Part shown: one piece after another, positions 1-14,062 of the stretch
Position numbering within the stretch: position 1 is the first letter of the stretch
Layout: every line of letters begins with the position of its first letter
Notes under the pieces: generated by a model
What the model saw: only the letters and a program-made list of their open reading frames with translations
The model's database searches: none
What the model was told of the DNA's origin: nothing
Assembly (NCBI GenBank): GCA_951406725.2
Contig: OX597826.1
Coordinates: 49,786,001-49,850,000 of the forward strand
Direction of reading: 5' to 3'
DNA: 64,000 nt
DNA from: Octopus vulgaris
Lineage: Eukaryota
Made by a program: the position numbers and the translations under genes

Positions 1-86
1 CAGTGGTTCTATGCTTATTTGCATAAGAATAGAACACTTTTGGGTTCTGTTTGATGTTTTTGATTACCCATTGTTCCTCCACAGCT

Positions 87-162
<76 letters not shown>

Positions 163-243
163 AGGTTAATCCAAACGGGAAAACAGAAAAAACAACAACA
201 CGTGGAACAATTACAGTATTATTATTATTATATATATATTATT

Positions 244-305
<62 letters not shown>

Positions 306-340
306 TGTGTGTGTGTGTGTTCACCCATCGCACGCACATA

Positions 341-427
<87 letters not shown>

Positions 428-434
428 ATATTAA

Positions 435-1573
435 CTGGTGTACCCGGTAATTCCCGGGGATAAAGATGTTCTATTGAAACGACTTATTACTCTGATATAA
501 GAAAGCAATTTCGTTATAACACAAAAGGTGTATTTTCCATCACGAAAATGTACAAAAAAACTGTCAGCTGGAGGAAGGAGAGATTGTTGGAGGTTGGTGA
601 GAGAGGTTTTTGTAGGTTGCCGAGAAAGATTGTCGGGGGTTGGTGAGAGAGGTTGTTGGAGGTTGGTGAGAGGCAATGACATTATTATGCTTAGCGAAGG
701 CATCTGGGAAATGCATAACTGCTGTCATTCACAGAAAAACTATTGTTTTACCGTGAGAAAAGTCCTGTTGAAATGTTAAGTGACATTTGGTAATCGACGA
801 TCGAATCCACGCTCTGCCTGCACGAAGCCACTACAAATACGTTGTGGAATAAAAAAAATTATCTACTGTCATGGAACAAGTGTAACTGTAAAAATTCAGA
901 ATTTTCGGAGTAATGGGCATTCAAAAAAGTACGTATGTATAGAAATGTATGAATGAAATCTTTAATGTTTAAGATTCAAATTAAGAAAATGCAATAATAA
1001 TGTTTAGCAGTTCAAATCTGTGAGTAGTGAAATGTAGAATTAGGTCGGTTGATCGTGGGAATCAAATATTGATCGCTTCGCTAAAATCTGCAGGTAGTAT
1101 GGGTTATTTCTCTTGGGTTGTTTAAATAAAATATTAGTAATATGTAGTAGATAGAAAGATCCATTGGAAGGGCCCTATTATCGATTTTTCTTCAATATAA
1201 ATATGTCACGAGGTTTCCAGACATGAGTTCTACTAACGTGTCAAATAAAGTATAAAAGTGATATTGTCTGCAATAATTAGAAATATGACACACAAAAAAT
1301 CAATATTCAATGAAATGGGTTATTTCTCTTAGGTGTTTTAAAAAAATATTGTACAGGTGCTATGGGTTACTTCCCTTGGGTGTTTAAAAAAATTACTTAT
1401 ATGCGGTAGATATAAAGCTCCCTTCCAGGGGCCGTGTTATCGATTTTTTCAACAATATAAGTATGTCACGGGGTTTCCAGTCATGAGTTCTACTCACGTG
1501 TCAAGTTAGCTAGGATGAGTTAGCTAACAACACTACAAACAAACACACGCCGATTTTCCACATATGTAGTAGA
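435..1573 (-). mobile_element. Non-autonomous Helitron-like element
   Basis: On the minus strand it begins A|TCTACTACATATGTGGAAAATCGG and ends with hairpin CCCGGGAATTACCGGG followed by TACACCAG|T (CCAG variant of CTRR). Insertion site is A|T with no TSD. There is an internal ~160-bp duplication (about 1090-1250 vs 1350-1510). Confidence 0.65.
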
Positions 1574-1589
1574 TATAATACATACATTT

Positions 1590-1703
1590 CCACCCATCCA
1601 TTCCATTATTCAAGTATCCATTGAACCATCCATCTATCCACATATATATGGATGGATAGATGGATGGATGGTTGAATGGATAATGGAATAGTGGAATGGA
1701 TTG
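1590..1703. repeat. Foldback of (CCAT)n / (ATGG)n around a short TA core
   Basis: ccatccattccattatt...ccatccatctatcca, then catatatatg, then gatggatagatggatggatgg...atagtggaatggattgg. Confidence 0.7.
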
Positions 1704-1975
1704 GGGAGAGGTGAGTGAGTGTCATAATTAAAGTTTAGATTTGAAATTTAAAATTTATTGCCTAAACTATATTTTGGGTATGTCCCCAGTAGTGTGGGGG
1801 CGGAGCACGCTCTCCTCTTATGACTACTTGGCGTCATCCACAGTAAATGTACACTCGTCGCTGGATCTACGTTAGGAATTCTTCGAGTGCAGAATGTTCC
1901 GAAACGATCGTTGTGATAAAAATAGTTTCCAGTCTACTCTAAATTCGGTATCAATTATTTAGAATATATATATAT

Positions 1976-2315
1976 CTGAGACCCCCTTCGGTCACGACAC
2001 TGACCATGGGATTGCACCTAGAAAGCTACCCTCCTAGGCACAAGTCCGGGCAAGGTTGTTTATGGAACCCCAGCAGTCGCCCATGCATACCGGCCTCACC
2101 TCTCCACGCAACCAGTGCTATCCAAGGGAAAGGCAAGGGCCGATACAGCTTGGCACCTGTGACGTCGCAACTCATTTTCTACAGCTGAGTAAACTGGAGC
2201 AAGGTGAAATAAAGTGTCTTGCTCAAGAACACAATACGCAGCCCGGTCCGGGATTCGAACTCACAACCTCACGATCGTAAGCTCGACGCTCTAACCACTG
2301 AGCCATGCGCCTTCA
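1976..2315 (-). mobile_element. tRNA-derived SINE, family D, near full length
   Basis: Minus strand reads GAAGGCGCATGGCTCAGTGGTTAGAGCG (A box) ... GTTCGAATCCC (B box), then TGTGTTCTTGAGCAAGACACTT. Related partial copies lie at 53590-53765 (-) and about 31445-31550 (+). Confidence 0.85.
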
Positions 2316-2333
2316 CACACACACTCGCGCACA

Positions 2334-2370
<37 letters not shown>

Positions 2371-2373
2371 TAC

Positions 2374-2790
2374 CAGGAGTGGCTGTGTGGTAAGTAGCTT
2401 GCTAAACAACCACATGGTTTCGGGTTCAGTCCCACTGCGTGGCATCTTGGACAAGGGTCTTCTGCTATAGCCCCGGGCCGACCAATGCCTTGTGAGTGGA
2501 TTTGGTAGACAGAAACTGAAAGAAGCCTGTCGTATATATGTGTATATATATATATATATGTGTGTGTGTTTGTGTGTCTGTGTTTGTCCCCCTAGCATTG
2601 CTTGACAACCGATGCTGGTGTGCTTACGTCCTCGTCACTTAGCGGTTCGGCAAAAGAGACTGATAGAATAAGTACTGGGCTTACAAAGAATAAGCCCCGG
2701 GTCGATTTGCTCGACTAAAGGCGGTGCTCCAGCATGGCCGCAGTCAAATGACTGAAACAAGTAAAAGAGTAAACGAGTAAAGGAAAAGAG
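2374..2790 (+). mobile_element. tRNA-derived SINE, family A (CORE-like; resembles octopus OR-type SINEs)
   Basis: TGGCTGTGTGGTAAG (A box), GGTTCAGTCCC (B box), CTTGGACAAGGGTCTT core-like segment, internal (TA/TG) tract and 3' GGCGGTGCTCCAGCATGGCCGCAGTCAAATGACTGAAACAAGTAAAAGAG. Nearly identical to copies at 14861 and 62936. Confidence 0.9.
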
Positions 2791-3120
2791 TATAAACGTC
2801 ACTGAACTGACAATGGACACTAACCAACACCAGTGTTGCTAGAAATAAGAGTTAAAAGAATTCAATAGCTACAGAAGCACTATCTTAATGAGCTGACATG
2901 GGAGGCAAGCTCCCTACAGTCGCAGATATAGTCAGATTATCGATGATATCACGTTCTGATGCTTAACGTATCTTAATGCTCATTTTAATGCGTAGTGAGC
3001 TTGCCTCACATGTCAACTCATTAAGATAGTGATTCTGTGGCTATTGAGCTGTTTTGACTGTTATTTCTAGCAATACTGGTGCTAATTAGTGTCCCTTATC
3101 ACTTTAGTGACGTATATACT
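2789..3120. mobile_element. Foldback / MITE-like element with ~130-bp imperfect inverted arms
   Basis: Outer ends agtataaacgtcact / agtgacgtatatact. Inner arms cactatcttaatgagctgacatgggaggcaagctc / gagcttgcctcacatgtcaactcattaagatagtg. Spacer about 75 bp. Confidence 0.75.
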
Positions 3121-3590
3121 TCTGCCTTTAGGTTGTAAAATTGCGAATTAACCACCCATTTATATATATATATATATATATATATAAGTATGTATGTATG
3201 TATGTATGTATGTATGTATGTATGTATGTATACACACACGCATACATATGCATATACATGTGGGTGTGTATGTCTGTGTTTATCCCTGTGAAGCTCATTG
3301 AATTATATGTGAACATTTGATCATTTGATCGTTTAAACATGTTTGTCCGACCCCTCTTATTCGTAATTGTAAGCTCTGTTAAAATCTTGTTTTATATATA
3401 TTTGTGTCATTGATAAACAAAAAATTGATGGAAGTAGTTTGGTATGTATGTGAATAAATCTATCTGAAAACAACTACGTTTTTCAAATTCACGTGTATTT
3501 TCAAACCCCTAAACAAATTCTCCTATATTTTTCCTGTGTGGGAATATAGTACCTCTTCTTTCCATATATATATGTGTGTGCGTGTGTTTG

Positions 3591-3840
3591 TGAAGGCAGG
3601 TGACCTATTGGTTAGGGTGTCAGCACCATGATCGTAAGATTGTGGTTTCGATTCCTGGACCGGGCGACACGTTGTGTTCTTGAGCAAAGCACTTCATTTC
3701 ACGTTGCTCCAGTTCACTCAGCTGGCAAAAAATGAGTAACGCTGCGATGGACTGGCGTCCCGTCCAGCTGGGGAACCCATACGCCATAGAAACCGGGAAA
3801 CCGGGCCCATGAGCCAGGCTAGGCTTTAAAAGGCCGCATT
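3591..3840 (+). mobile_element. tRNA-derived SINE, family C (V/Meta-domain-like)
   Basis: tRNA-like head (TGGTTAGGG...GGTTTCGATTCCTGG) and CTGCGATGGACTGGCGTCCCGTCCAG, which resembles the V-/Meta-SINE central domain. Second copy at 12509-12731. Confidence 0.8.
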
Positions 3841-3843
3841 TAT

Positions 3844-3969
<126 letters not shown>

Positions 3970-4134
3970 CAAAAGGCTTCTACAGAGTTTCCGTTTATCC
4001 TACTAATTTCGCTCACAAGGCATTGGCCGGGGTCTGGAGCTATAGTAGAAAACGCTTACTCAAGATGCCTCGCAATGGGATTGAATCTCAAACCAAGTGT
4101 TTGTAAAACCAGCTTCTTAATCACACAGCCATGC
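3970..4134 (-). mobile_element. SINE family A, diverged 5' half
   Basis: Reverse complement matches the head and core of family A (ggcatggctgtgtgattaagaagc...cttgagtaagcgttttctactatagc). Confidence 0.75.
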
Positions 4135-6305
4135 CAGCACTTTGAAAACAGAACTAACGCTCTGATTCATAAGCTATATGTAATAACGAAGTTGTGTTTT
4201 GTAGAATGAAAATGAACTCAATAGGTTATGGCCCATAACGCCGTCCAAAATCGGAGACACCTTCGACTTGAAAATATTCTACTCCCAGTAACGTTTGACA
4301 AGTGGACAATCATGTCCAAAGAACCATTCAGTTAACAGTTCCTGCCAAACTCAACCTTTCCTGTTTGATTTCCAGACTAAATTTGGAGGATCTCTTTAGA
4401 GATACTTGCCATTTCTCTTGGACTACCGGAACGATAAATAGGTTATTGCTTACGTTGCAAGTCTCTACTGACATTTTCTCGAAACCACAATATGAATGGA
4501 TTTTTTTTTTCCGGCTGTTTACCTTACTGCTTTTTTTGTATCCTTCTTTGGGATGAAAGTTTTAGAGGATAATTATTATCATATTTTGTTCTATCTTGTG
4601 AGAACCATTACGTCAATTATAAACACATGCACTGGTTCTATTTCACTTATTTATTTCTATTAGTCAATTGGTTAACTATTTAAACAATTGATTAATCAAT
4701 TGTTTAATTAACCGTTCGGTCATTCAATTAATCATCTAAGGTTGTCAATGTCCTTTCGCTGCCATTCATGAACTTATCATCTCTACTCTAGGTCTACTGA
4801 ACCGAATATAAAAACGAAATTTCCAAAATAGACCACATAAAATCTAGGTTTGATAGATATTACTTCTTTCCTTTCGTTTGTGCAAACAAATTCCGATACT
4901 ACTTGATTATCAGATACTCTTGGCTCTGGCTCTGCCGCCCCTAGTATGTAATTACTAAAGAGACTTCGTTTAATGAATTTTTCAAGCTTCTTTCCTTTTT
5001 TTTTTTTATAATCTTTAGCTCGGTGTCCAATGATATTGCTTTACACTTAAGTCAAGTGTAGGGATAATTAGAAGGCTTTGGATGCACCCACGCAGAAAAC
5101 AGTTGTTCATGGTGTCACTCAGCGGGACTGAACCCAGAACCATGTGGTTGGGAAGCAAGTCTCCTATCATACATATACGTATGTGTGTGTGCATACATAT
5201 ATAATTGTTTGTGCATCTACAGATGTATAGAAGAGTAATTATTATCATTTTCTACAACGTATGACATTGTGTTCTTTTTAATTTTTTTTTATTTTCATCT
5301 GAAGCTCTTCACTGAAAGAAGATAAATATAAAAAATACTAGAGTAAACAGAGGCTCCAGATACACAAGAAAAAAAATGACACATGAAAGTTGTATAAATA
5401 AATGCAACAAGTCGAAATTATCCCAATTTTTAACTCATACACGTCATACAAAAATACACAAGGATGTGAATAAATATATTTTAAGTCACACGTATCAATT
5501 TACTTCCATCCTTCACTTTACTCTCTCGCTCTCTCCTTCTTTTTCTCTCCCGCGTCTTTAATACCCCCTTCTCTCTCTCTCTCTCTCTTTCTCTTTCTCT
5601 CTGTCTCTCTCTCTCTCGCTTTTTTCCATTATTACTTCTTTTGTTTATTGTATCTTTTCTAATGATATATTCAAGACAATTTCGCTTGTGTTAAAATGAA
5701 GAGTCTCTGTGTTCTAAACCATTACAAAAAGAAAAATATACATTAAAAAAAAAACACACCAAAAGTAACAAGTAAAACATGGACAACATTAAAAGCAAGA
5801 GGAAAATAAGAAACATCAACAACAGCAACAAAAACAACAGCAACAGTCTCTTCTTTTCAAATATTTCTTAACAGTCGCAGCTGTTGACTCGAGTCACTTT
5901 AATGGCGTTTCGACTCGCGCTTTAACAAAATGACGACAAGGCTGCTTCCTTACATATGGATTCTGTGTAGCGTCGCAAGAATGACAAGAAACTGTCATCT
6001 TGTTTGTTTGTTGAATATTTATATTTAGCTATCATTTTCAAAGAAAGAGATATGGAATATTGGAGGAGGAGGAGGAGATGGTGGTGGTGGTGGTGGTGGT
6101 GGTGGTGGTGGTGGTGGTGGTAGTGGTTATAACGGCAAGGAGTGTTAAGGAAGGAATGGATACCTCCTACAGATACAAATAATGGACATATTGAAATTGG
6201 GGGACAGCGAAAGAGATAAACACATCCAACCATCCATCCATACATACATACATACATATATGTATATATATATATATGGTACATGCATACATGTATATAT
6301 ACATG

Positions 6306-6372
<67 letters not shown>

Positions 6373-6422
6373 TGACTGAAACAAATAAAAAAAAGTAATA
6401 TAAGTATATATATATGTATATC

Positions 6423-6486
<64 letters not shown>

Positions 6487-6488
<2 letters not shown>

Positions 6489-6677
6489 CTTTGACTCTTT
6501 TATTTGTTTCAGTCATTTGACTGCGGCCATGCTGGATCACCTCCTTTAGTCGAACAAATCGACCCCCAAGATTTATTCTTTGTAAGCCCAGTACTTATTT
6601 ATCGGTATCTTATGCTGAACTGCTATGCTACGGAGATGTTAACACATCAGCATCAGTTGTCAAGCGATGAGTGGGGA

Positions 6678-6728
<51 letters not shown>

Positions 6729-6760
6729 GCACAAGCATACACAAATACATACATATAGAC
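6487..6760 (-). mobile_element. SINE family A, 3' half
   Basis: tttgtttcagtcatttgactgcggccatgctgga...ggggacaaacacaca is the reverse complement of the family A body and tail. Confidence 0.85.
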
Positions 6761-7418
6761 TGGCGACTCCTGTTATACTTTAGTACTAGTTATATATTCC
6801 TGTTATACTTAAGTACTACTTTTATTTTATTATTATTTATACACCATGGTAGCCCTAAAAAAGATTATCCCACCAATTATTTTTCTAGATTATTTGCTAG
6901 TTTACTCTTTTACACATCAACTTCAAGCTTTCCACTGCAGAATGGTATGATTTTAATATATTGAACCTTCTTTCCTAATCTCGAGGGCCTGTTCTTTCCT
7001 CTTCCTTCTGCCTTTCAGTTATTTTATGTATTTGTATTCACTCTGACGAAGCTTCACGTACTAGATGGAATGTGCTATAAGGATTACGAAAATTATTTTC
7101 GGAATTTTCTTTGTAAGCACCGTCTGACATTGGCAGCCGAAACGGCCGTAAGAAATGTTATGGTTTGCATTAAAAAATAATTAACCGATGCTGGTCAATT
7201 TGTCTGTTTGTTGATCAAAAGTTTCTTCCATTTTCTACTTATTTAACTTTGATTCCTTATAAACTTTCGTTTATTCTATTATTAACTGTACTCTATGAGC
7301 ATAGTGTGCTTGCATACCAATGCCCAGAGTTAACATAGGTAATTGATACCGGTAATAAGAACGGATATTTTTATCCCTTGTACGGTTATGCCAACCGCTA
7401 ACTCTGCTTACCTATATA

Positions 7419-7464
<46 letters not shown>

Positions 7465-8223
7465 TGTGTGTATGTGTGTACGCACATATTAATAGTTAGA
7501 TAATTATATACACTTCGCGTGTGTACCGTTGGCGATTTTTTTTCAACCGAGGACTTGATGCACAAAAGGGATAGAGATGCAAAAAAATCGTCATAATAGT
7601 CAAAACACATTCTACTTCCTTTATGTGCATGATCTTAAATGTTAAATCTTAGAATTTGCTTTTTCATGATGTAATTGATTTCTTAATCAATAAAAAACGG
7701 GTCTGAAACAGCTGTAGTGAACCTCACTCCATTTGTGTTATTACTTATACTACAACACACTCGGATTCTTTTCTACGTTGAATCAGGAACTTACAGCGGC
7801 CCGCCGACTGCATTCCGAAATATGCCTGTGTGTGATTATATATGTATATATGGGTATATATCGATGACTATATTGATCTATCCTTATATATGTATATTAA
7901 AATGATAGGACAAGTTCGTATATATATTAGTATGTATGTGAGTGTCCATATATAGTGTTGATACAAGGATATGGTATTTTCAACCTACCTTAAAGTCCTT
8001 ATTATTAAAATACTTTGAATCAATTGGATACTGCAAATAATTATATATATAAAGAGTAAAAACTTTTCGCTAAACCAACACAAAAGTTTTTTCTACATCT
8101 GAAGAATTTCGATATTAGTCGGGAATTCGACAATGTTGATATCCCAGAACTCGGTATGAGTGCTTCTCTGGATATACCCTACCTTTACATCCTACCAGGA
8201 CCTTACATATATACACGTGTGTC

Positions 8224-8271
<48 letters not shown>

Positions 8272-8350
8272 TATTTATATGTATGAATGTATGTATATAT
8301 ATATATGTATGTATATATATGCATGTATGTCTATATATATATATATACAT

Positions 8351-8415
<65 letters not shown>

Positions 8416-8819
8416 TAGACGTATACATGCACATATTTGTTCTATTCAATAATACATTTCCTCCCACTTTATCACTCCGTACCCTCTAATTCTTCCCTCT
8501 CCCTTTTCCTCATTCACCCTTCTGCTCTCTCTCTTCCTCTTCTTCCGTCAACGTCTCCGTCTCACTTACTCTCTACCTCTCTCTCTTTCTTTCCCTATCT
8601 CACCCTGTTTCTCGGCGAGGTGAGGTGTTATCGTTAGAGTAGTCCCTGTAGCTGCCATTGTTGTTGGATTTAGATATGACAGCAACAGATGCTTAAAACA
8701 AACACGAAAAACTCATTTTTTTTTTTCAGCAGTTGATATTCCTGGGTCTCGGGGTGCGTCTCTCTGTTTAACTATACACACATACTAACTGTATACATAC
8801 GTGCATACATACACACACG

Positions 8820-8875
<56 letters not shown>

Positions 8876-9264
8876 TATACATACAAACATACATATGTAT
8901 GTATGTAAATAAGAAGGTGTATGGCTGGTCCATCCATGGTTGGCGATGGTTCACACATCCGACAACAGTTCACCATTCATCTCTTGATGCCCCGCTAGTT
9001 TCTCAAGAGAAACAAAGAAAGGTTTTGATTCGAATCGAACCCCTGCTGATTATATAAATATCTTAAATATATTTATACATACATGTACGCGCGCGCGTGT
9101 GTTTGTGTATTTGTGTGTATGCGTGTATTGTGTATGTGTGTGCGTTGTGGATGTGGTATGTATGCGATTGTGTGATTATGTGAGTATAGACAGACAGATA
9201 TACAAAAGCATTTAATAATTCGACTCACCTAAACACAAATAAACTAATGTTCTTATGTATCGTG

Positions 9265-9301
<37 letters not shown>

Positions 9302-9442
9302 ATGCATATATATATATATATATGTATATATATGTATTTATATATATATATATATATATATAATACGTATGAATATATGAATGTATCTGCGTGTGAATAG
9401 ATATATATATATATTCACACATATGCGTATATATATATTATT

Positions 9443-9512
<70 letters not shown>

Positions 9513-9521
9513 CACACATAC

Positions 9522-9584
<63 letters not shown>

Positions 9585-9984
9585 TATCGGCGTTAAGTTT
9601 ATTCGGTGTATACGGGGCACTTTTAGCAATGTTTGTTTAAATACTCGACCGTGGTGTCTGTTAACCGGTTTGATGTTGTGTCGTACGCATTTTGTGACAC
9701 ATGTCGCGTTATTGTAGGTAGACGTGTACTTATTCACTTATTAAACAAAAAGAAATGTGAGGAAGTTTACTGAACCCTCACCTACAGACGATTATCAGCA
9801 TTTCTTTTTTTCGCTTTTTTAATAAAAATAATTGATGCATTATCACAGGAAGAGTTTAATTAGTGCAGCATGGGATACATGTGAATATATACTGAAATTT
9901 GTCTCCCGCTTAAAGCTTTGAACCAATATATTTCCTTTGTTAGTTATCAATTATCCCGTTATTATAATAACCGATACACATTTT

Positions 9985-10180
9985 GGTTGGTCGGTTGGTC
10001 GCTTGTTTTCTTACTTGGTTCATTGCTTCATTGATTGTTTGTTTGGCTGGCTGGTTGCTTGGTTGCATGGTTGCTCTCTTGCTCGGTTCCTTGGTTGTTT
10101 GGTTGCTCTGTTGCTCGGTTCCTTGGTGGCTTGGTTGGCTGGTTGGTTATTTGGTTGCTTCGTTCGTTCGTTCATTTGTT
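9985..10180. repeat. Degenerate (TTGG)n / (TTGC)n tetranucleotide tract
   Basis: Repeated ggtt/gctt/gttc units. Confidence 0.8.
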
Positions 10181-10845
10181 AGTTCGGCGGCGGTGGTGAT
10201 AGGGAAAAGTATTTCTTTTTAATGAACAAATTTTTTTTTATAGCGGCCATCGCTTAAAGCATGCGCATAACTACAATTATTTATCGTCTGCTTGCTAAAA
10301 AAAGTTGATATTTGTTTACAAGGGCTAATTTAGCCTAAACTCTGGATTTACAAGAAACAGGGTTACAAGCTGCCCGAAAAAGGATGCACAGATATAGAAC
10401 ACGGAACTGCGAGAAAATATAACAAAAGGAGGCAAAAGACAACACAGTCGGAAACGTGAGGAAACGAACGTTACGAACGTCAAGAATATTTAAAGAAAGC
10501 TAGACTATGAATGCTATAAGAATGCAAATTATCCTTTATTTCTTAAATAGGTCCTCTTAATTTTTCCCAGTCTGTGGAATTTCCTCGGGTCCGACTTGTG
10601 TAATAAATATTTTTCTTTTGAAAATTTGTATTCCTTTCAACATTTTGTACAAGCATCAAGAAATTTAATAAAAGTTCAACTATATTTATACCATGTGTGC
10701 TATATTTCCTGGTATTACTCACAGTGGCAAAAGTATACTTCTAAAATTACTCGTCATATATTGGGTAATACGCAACTCTACGAATATGAGAAGTTTGTTT
10801 TAGTTTTTTCAGCTTTCAGTAAAATAGTATTTTACTCTGCCTTTA

Positions 10846-10900
<55 letters not shown>

Positions 10901-10906
<6 letters not shown>

Positions 10907-11110
10907 TAATCCAAACAAGGAAGCACAAAAAAAAACACGACGTGAGGACGTGGAACAAATATAGTATTATTGGACGCTCAGGAAAGAAGAAAAGAAGGAG
11001 GGTTCAACGTTTCGAGCGGAGCTGTTCGTCGGAAACATAGGAGAAGGAAAGATCCAGAGAAGGGAAGACAGAGGAAAAAATCGCCAACGGTACACACGCG
11101 GTCACATTTT
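10901..11110 (-). mobile_element. Short (TA)n-abutting repeat with a hammerhead-like motif (possible Penelope pLTR / retrozyme-like relic)
   Basis: Homologous pieces occur at 161-225, 7515-7545 and 60045-60235 (+). Minus strand 11002-11036 reads gttt-CCGACGA-a-cagc-tcc-gctc-GAAAC-GTT-gaac. Confidence 0.55.
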
Positions 11111-11113
11111 ATC

Positions 11114-11518
11114 AAAAAGAATGCAAAAATCGGACAAGAACGCAAAACATCCAGACAGATGATACAAAAAAGGGACAAGAAAGAACAAGGACGAGTCATC
11201 CGGAGTTTTCTTTCGTCGGTCGAGTTTCAAATTATCTTTGCAATTTCGACTGGTTATACTCGAAATTGCTCCAATCTGGCCAGGAATCTAGTGCTCTTAG
11301 CATATATTTTCTTGGGGGCTGGACAGATTGGAGTAATCTCGTGTATAACCAGCAAAGATAATCTGGAACTCGACTGACGAAAGGAAGCTCCGGATGATCC
11401 GTCATTGTTTTTTTCTTGTCCCTTTATTTTGCATCATCTGTCTGGATGTTTTGTTGTCCCTTTTTGTATCATCTAACTGGATGTTTTGCGTTCTTGTTCC
11501 ATTTTTTGTATTCTTTTT
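11114..11518. mobile_element. ~400-bp foldback element, almost fully self-complementary
   Basis: aaaaagaatgcaaaaat...catccggagttttctttcgtcggtcgagtttcaaattatctttgc pairs with gcaaagataatctggaactcgactgacgaaaggaagctccggatg...attttttgtattcttttt. Inner pair ctccaatctggccag / ctggacagattggag. Confidence 0.8.
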
Positions 11519-11601
11519 CATATCCATAAAGCGGCGTACGTATACTTTGGTCTCCTATACATATAGATACACACACATACAGACACACACACACACGCAC
11601 G

Positions 11602-12246
<645 letters not shown>

Positions 12247-12508
12247 AACCCTAGAGTTTAAATTTTTGAAAAATGTTGAAATTTGTCGAAAAATGTTTCA
12301 TGGATATATATAAACTGGCATTTTATTAACAGTAATATATTTAGCATTGTTTTGATTTGCTAAAAACTTATTTTTTCAATTCGTTGTTTCAATTCCCTAG
12401 AGTTTCAGATTTTAAATAGGGAAGTGCATTTTATTTCTCAAGCATTTCCTATTCAGTATTTCATGCATAACCACTCAAACTACATTTATACAAACTACTA
12501 CTTATATG

Positions 12509-12731
12509 TGGAGGTGCATGGCTTAGTGGTTAGGGTGTCAGCATCATGGTCGTAAGATTGTGGTTTCGATTCCTGGACTGGGCAACGCGTTATGTTCTTG
12601 AGCAAAACACTTCATTTCACGTTGCTTCAGTCCACTCAGCTGGCAAAAATGAGTAACGATGCGATGGACTGGCGTCCAGTCCAGCTGGGGAACCGGGCCC
12701 ATGAGCCTGGTTAGGCTTTAAAAAAGGGTGC
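12509..12731 (+). mobile_element. SINE family C
   Basis: Colinear with 3591-3840; TGGCTTAGTGGTTAGG A box and GCGATGGACTGGCGTCC domain. Confidence 0.85.
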
Positions 12732-13028
12732 AAAAAAAAAGAAAACTACTTACATACAAGATTTCACTTACCTCCTCTGAACTTGCGAACACTTTGGAGT
12801 TCAGATCTACTTGAAACCTTAACTCTTATAGAAGGTTCAGGATCTTATGTCAGTCTTTAAGATAGGAGATATTCTCTTATGTCAGTCTTTTAAGATAGGG
12901 GATATACTTAAAACGTCAGGACTTCTTATCCACCATATCACTCATGCAAAAGGGATTTTAGCCCCCAGACTGGATAACCCGTGTTATTTTGTCAAAACAC
13001 GAAACATATGTCGTGTTAGCATCGTAAC

Positions 13029-13300
13029 TTGAGTGGATTTCGTACACGGAAACTGAAAGAAGACTGTCGTATATATGTGTATATTTCTTCGTGTGTGTAT
13101 CTGTGTTTGTACCCCCACCATTGCTTGACAACCGATGTTGCTGTGTTTACGTTCCCATAGCTTAGCGGTTCTGCAAAAGACACTGATAGAAGAAGTACTA
13201 GGCTTACAAAGAATAAATCCTGTGGTCGATTTGTTCGACCAACGGCGGTGCCCCAGCATGGCCGCAGTCACATGACTGAAACAAGTGAAACCATAAAAAA
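13029..13300 (+). mobile_element. SINE family A, 5'-truncated
   Basis: gagtggatttcgtacacggaaactgaaagaag...ggcggtgccccagcatggccgcagtcacatgactgaaac. Confidence 0.85.
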
Positions 13301-13346
13301 AACTATGCCATTTTAATCCCGAGCAAGGTCGTGTATCTCTCTGCTA

Positions 13347-13402
<56 letters not shown>

Positions 13403-13569
13403 GCAATGGTTGATGATGTGTGCTAACTGAAGATTTCTACAATGAAGCATTTTCCTCGTCTTCTTAAACACATTGACAAGTCCTTTGTTTTATATCTTGT
13501 ATAATTTTTGCCTCATGAGTATACTTTCAGTAAAGTCATTTCTCTCCTTACGGTTGTAGTACCATTACT

Positions 13570-13829
<260 letters not shown>

Positions 13830-13840
13830 AATACCGAATA

Positions 13841-14062
13841 AGGTGGCGCGCTGGCAGAATCGTTCACATGCCGGGCAAAATGCTTAGCGGCGTTTTGTTT
13901 GTCTTTGCATTCAAATTTGAATTCAAATGCTGCCGAGAACGACTTTTCTTTTTATCCTTTTGGAGGTAGATAAAATAAGCGTCAGTTGAACACTGGGGTC
14001 GATGCAATCAGCTTATCTCCTCCCACGAAATTACTGGCCTTGCTCCAAAATTTTAAATCACT
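13841..14062 (+). mobile_element. SINE family B (Deu/Nin-domain-like), diverged
   Basis: GGTGGCGCGCTGGCAGAATCGTT head, then CACTGGGGTCGATG and the type-B tail ggccttgctccaaaatttt. Confidence 0.8.

Larger units (their letters stand above)
12250..13347 (+). mobile_element. Helitron-like 3' portion interrupted by two SINEs
   Basis: Ends CCCGAGCAAGGTCGTGTATCTCTCTGCTAG|T, resembling the 3' end of the Helitron at 33551-34066. The 5' boundary is uncertain. Confidence 0.5.

Noticed and set aside
2230-2312. tRNA-like sequence with A and B boxes
   Set aside because: It continues into a SINE body and has no convincing acceptor stem; it is a SINE head, not a tRNA gene.
5922-6060. Unique C-terminal part of a minus-strand ORF (LKMIAKYKY...LSSFC)
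   Set aside because: Short, with no recognisable homology, and the upstream part of the ORF is microsatellite.
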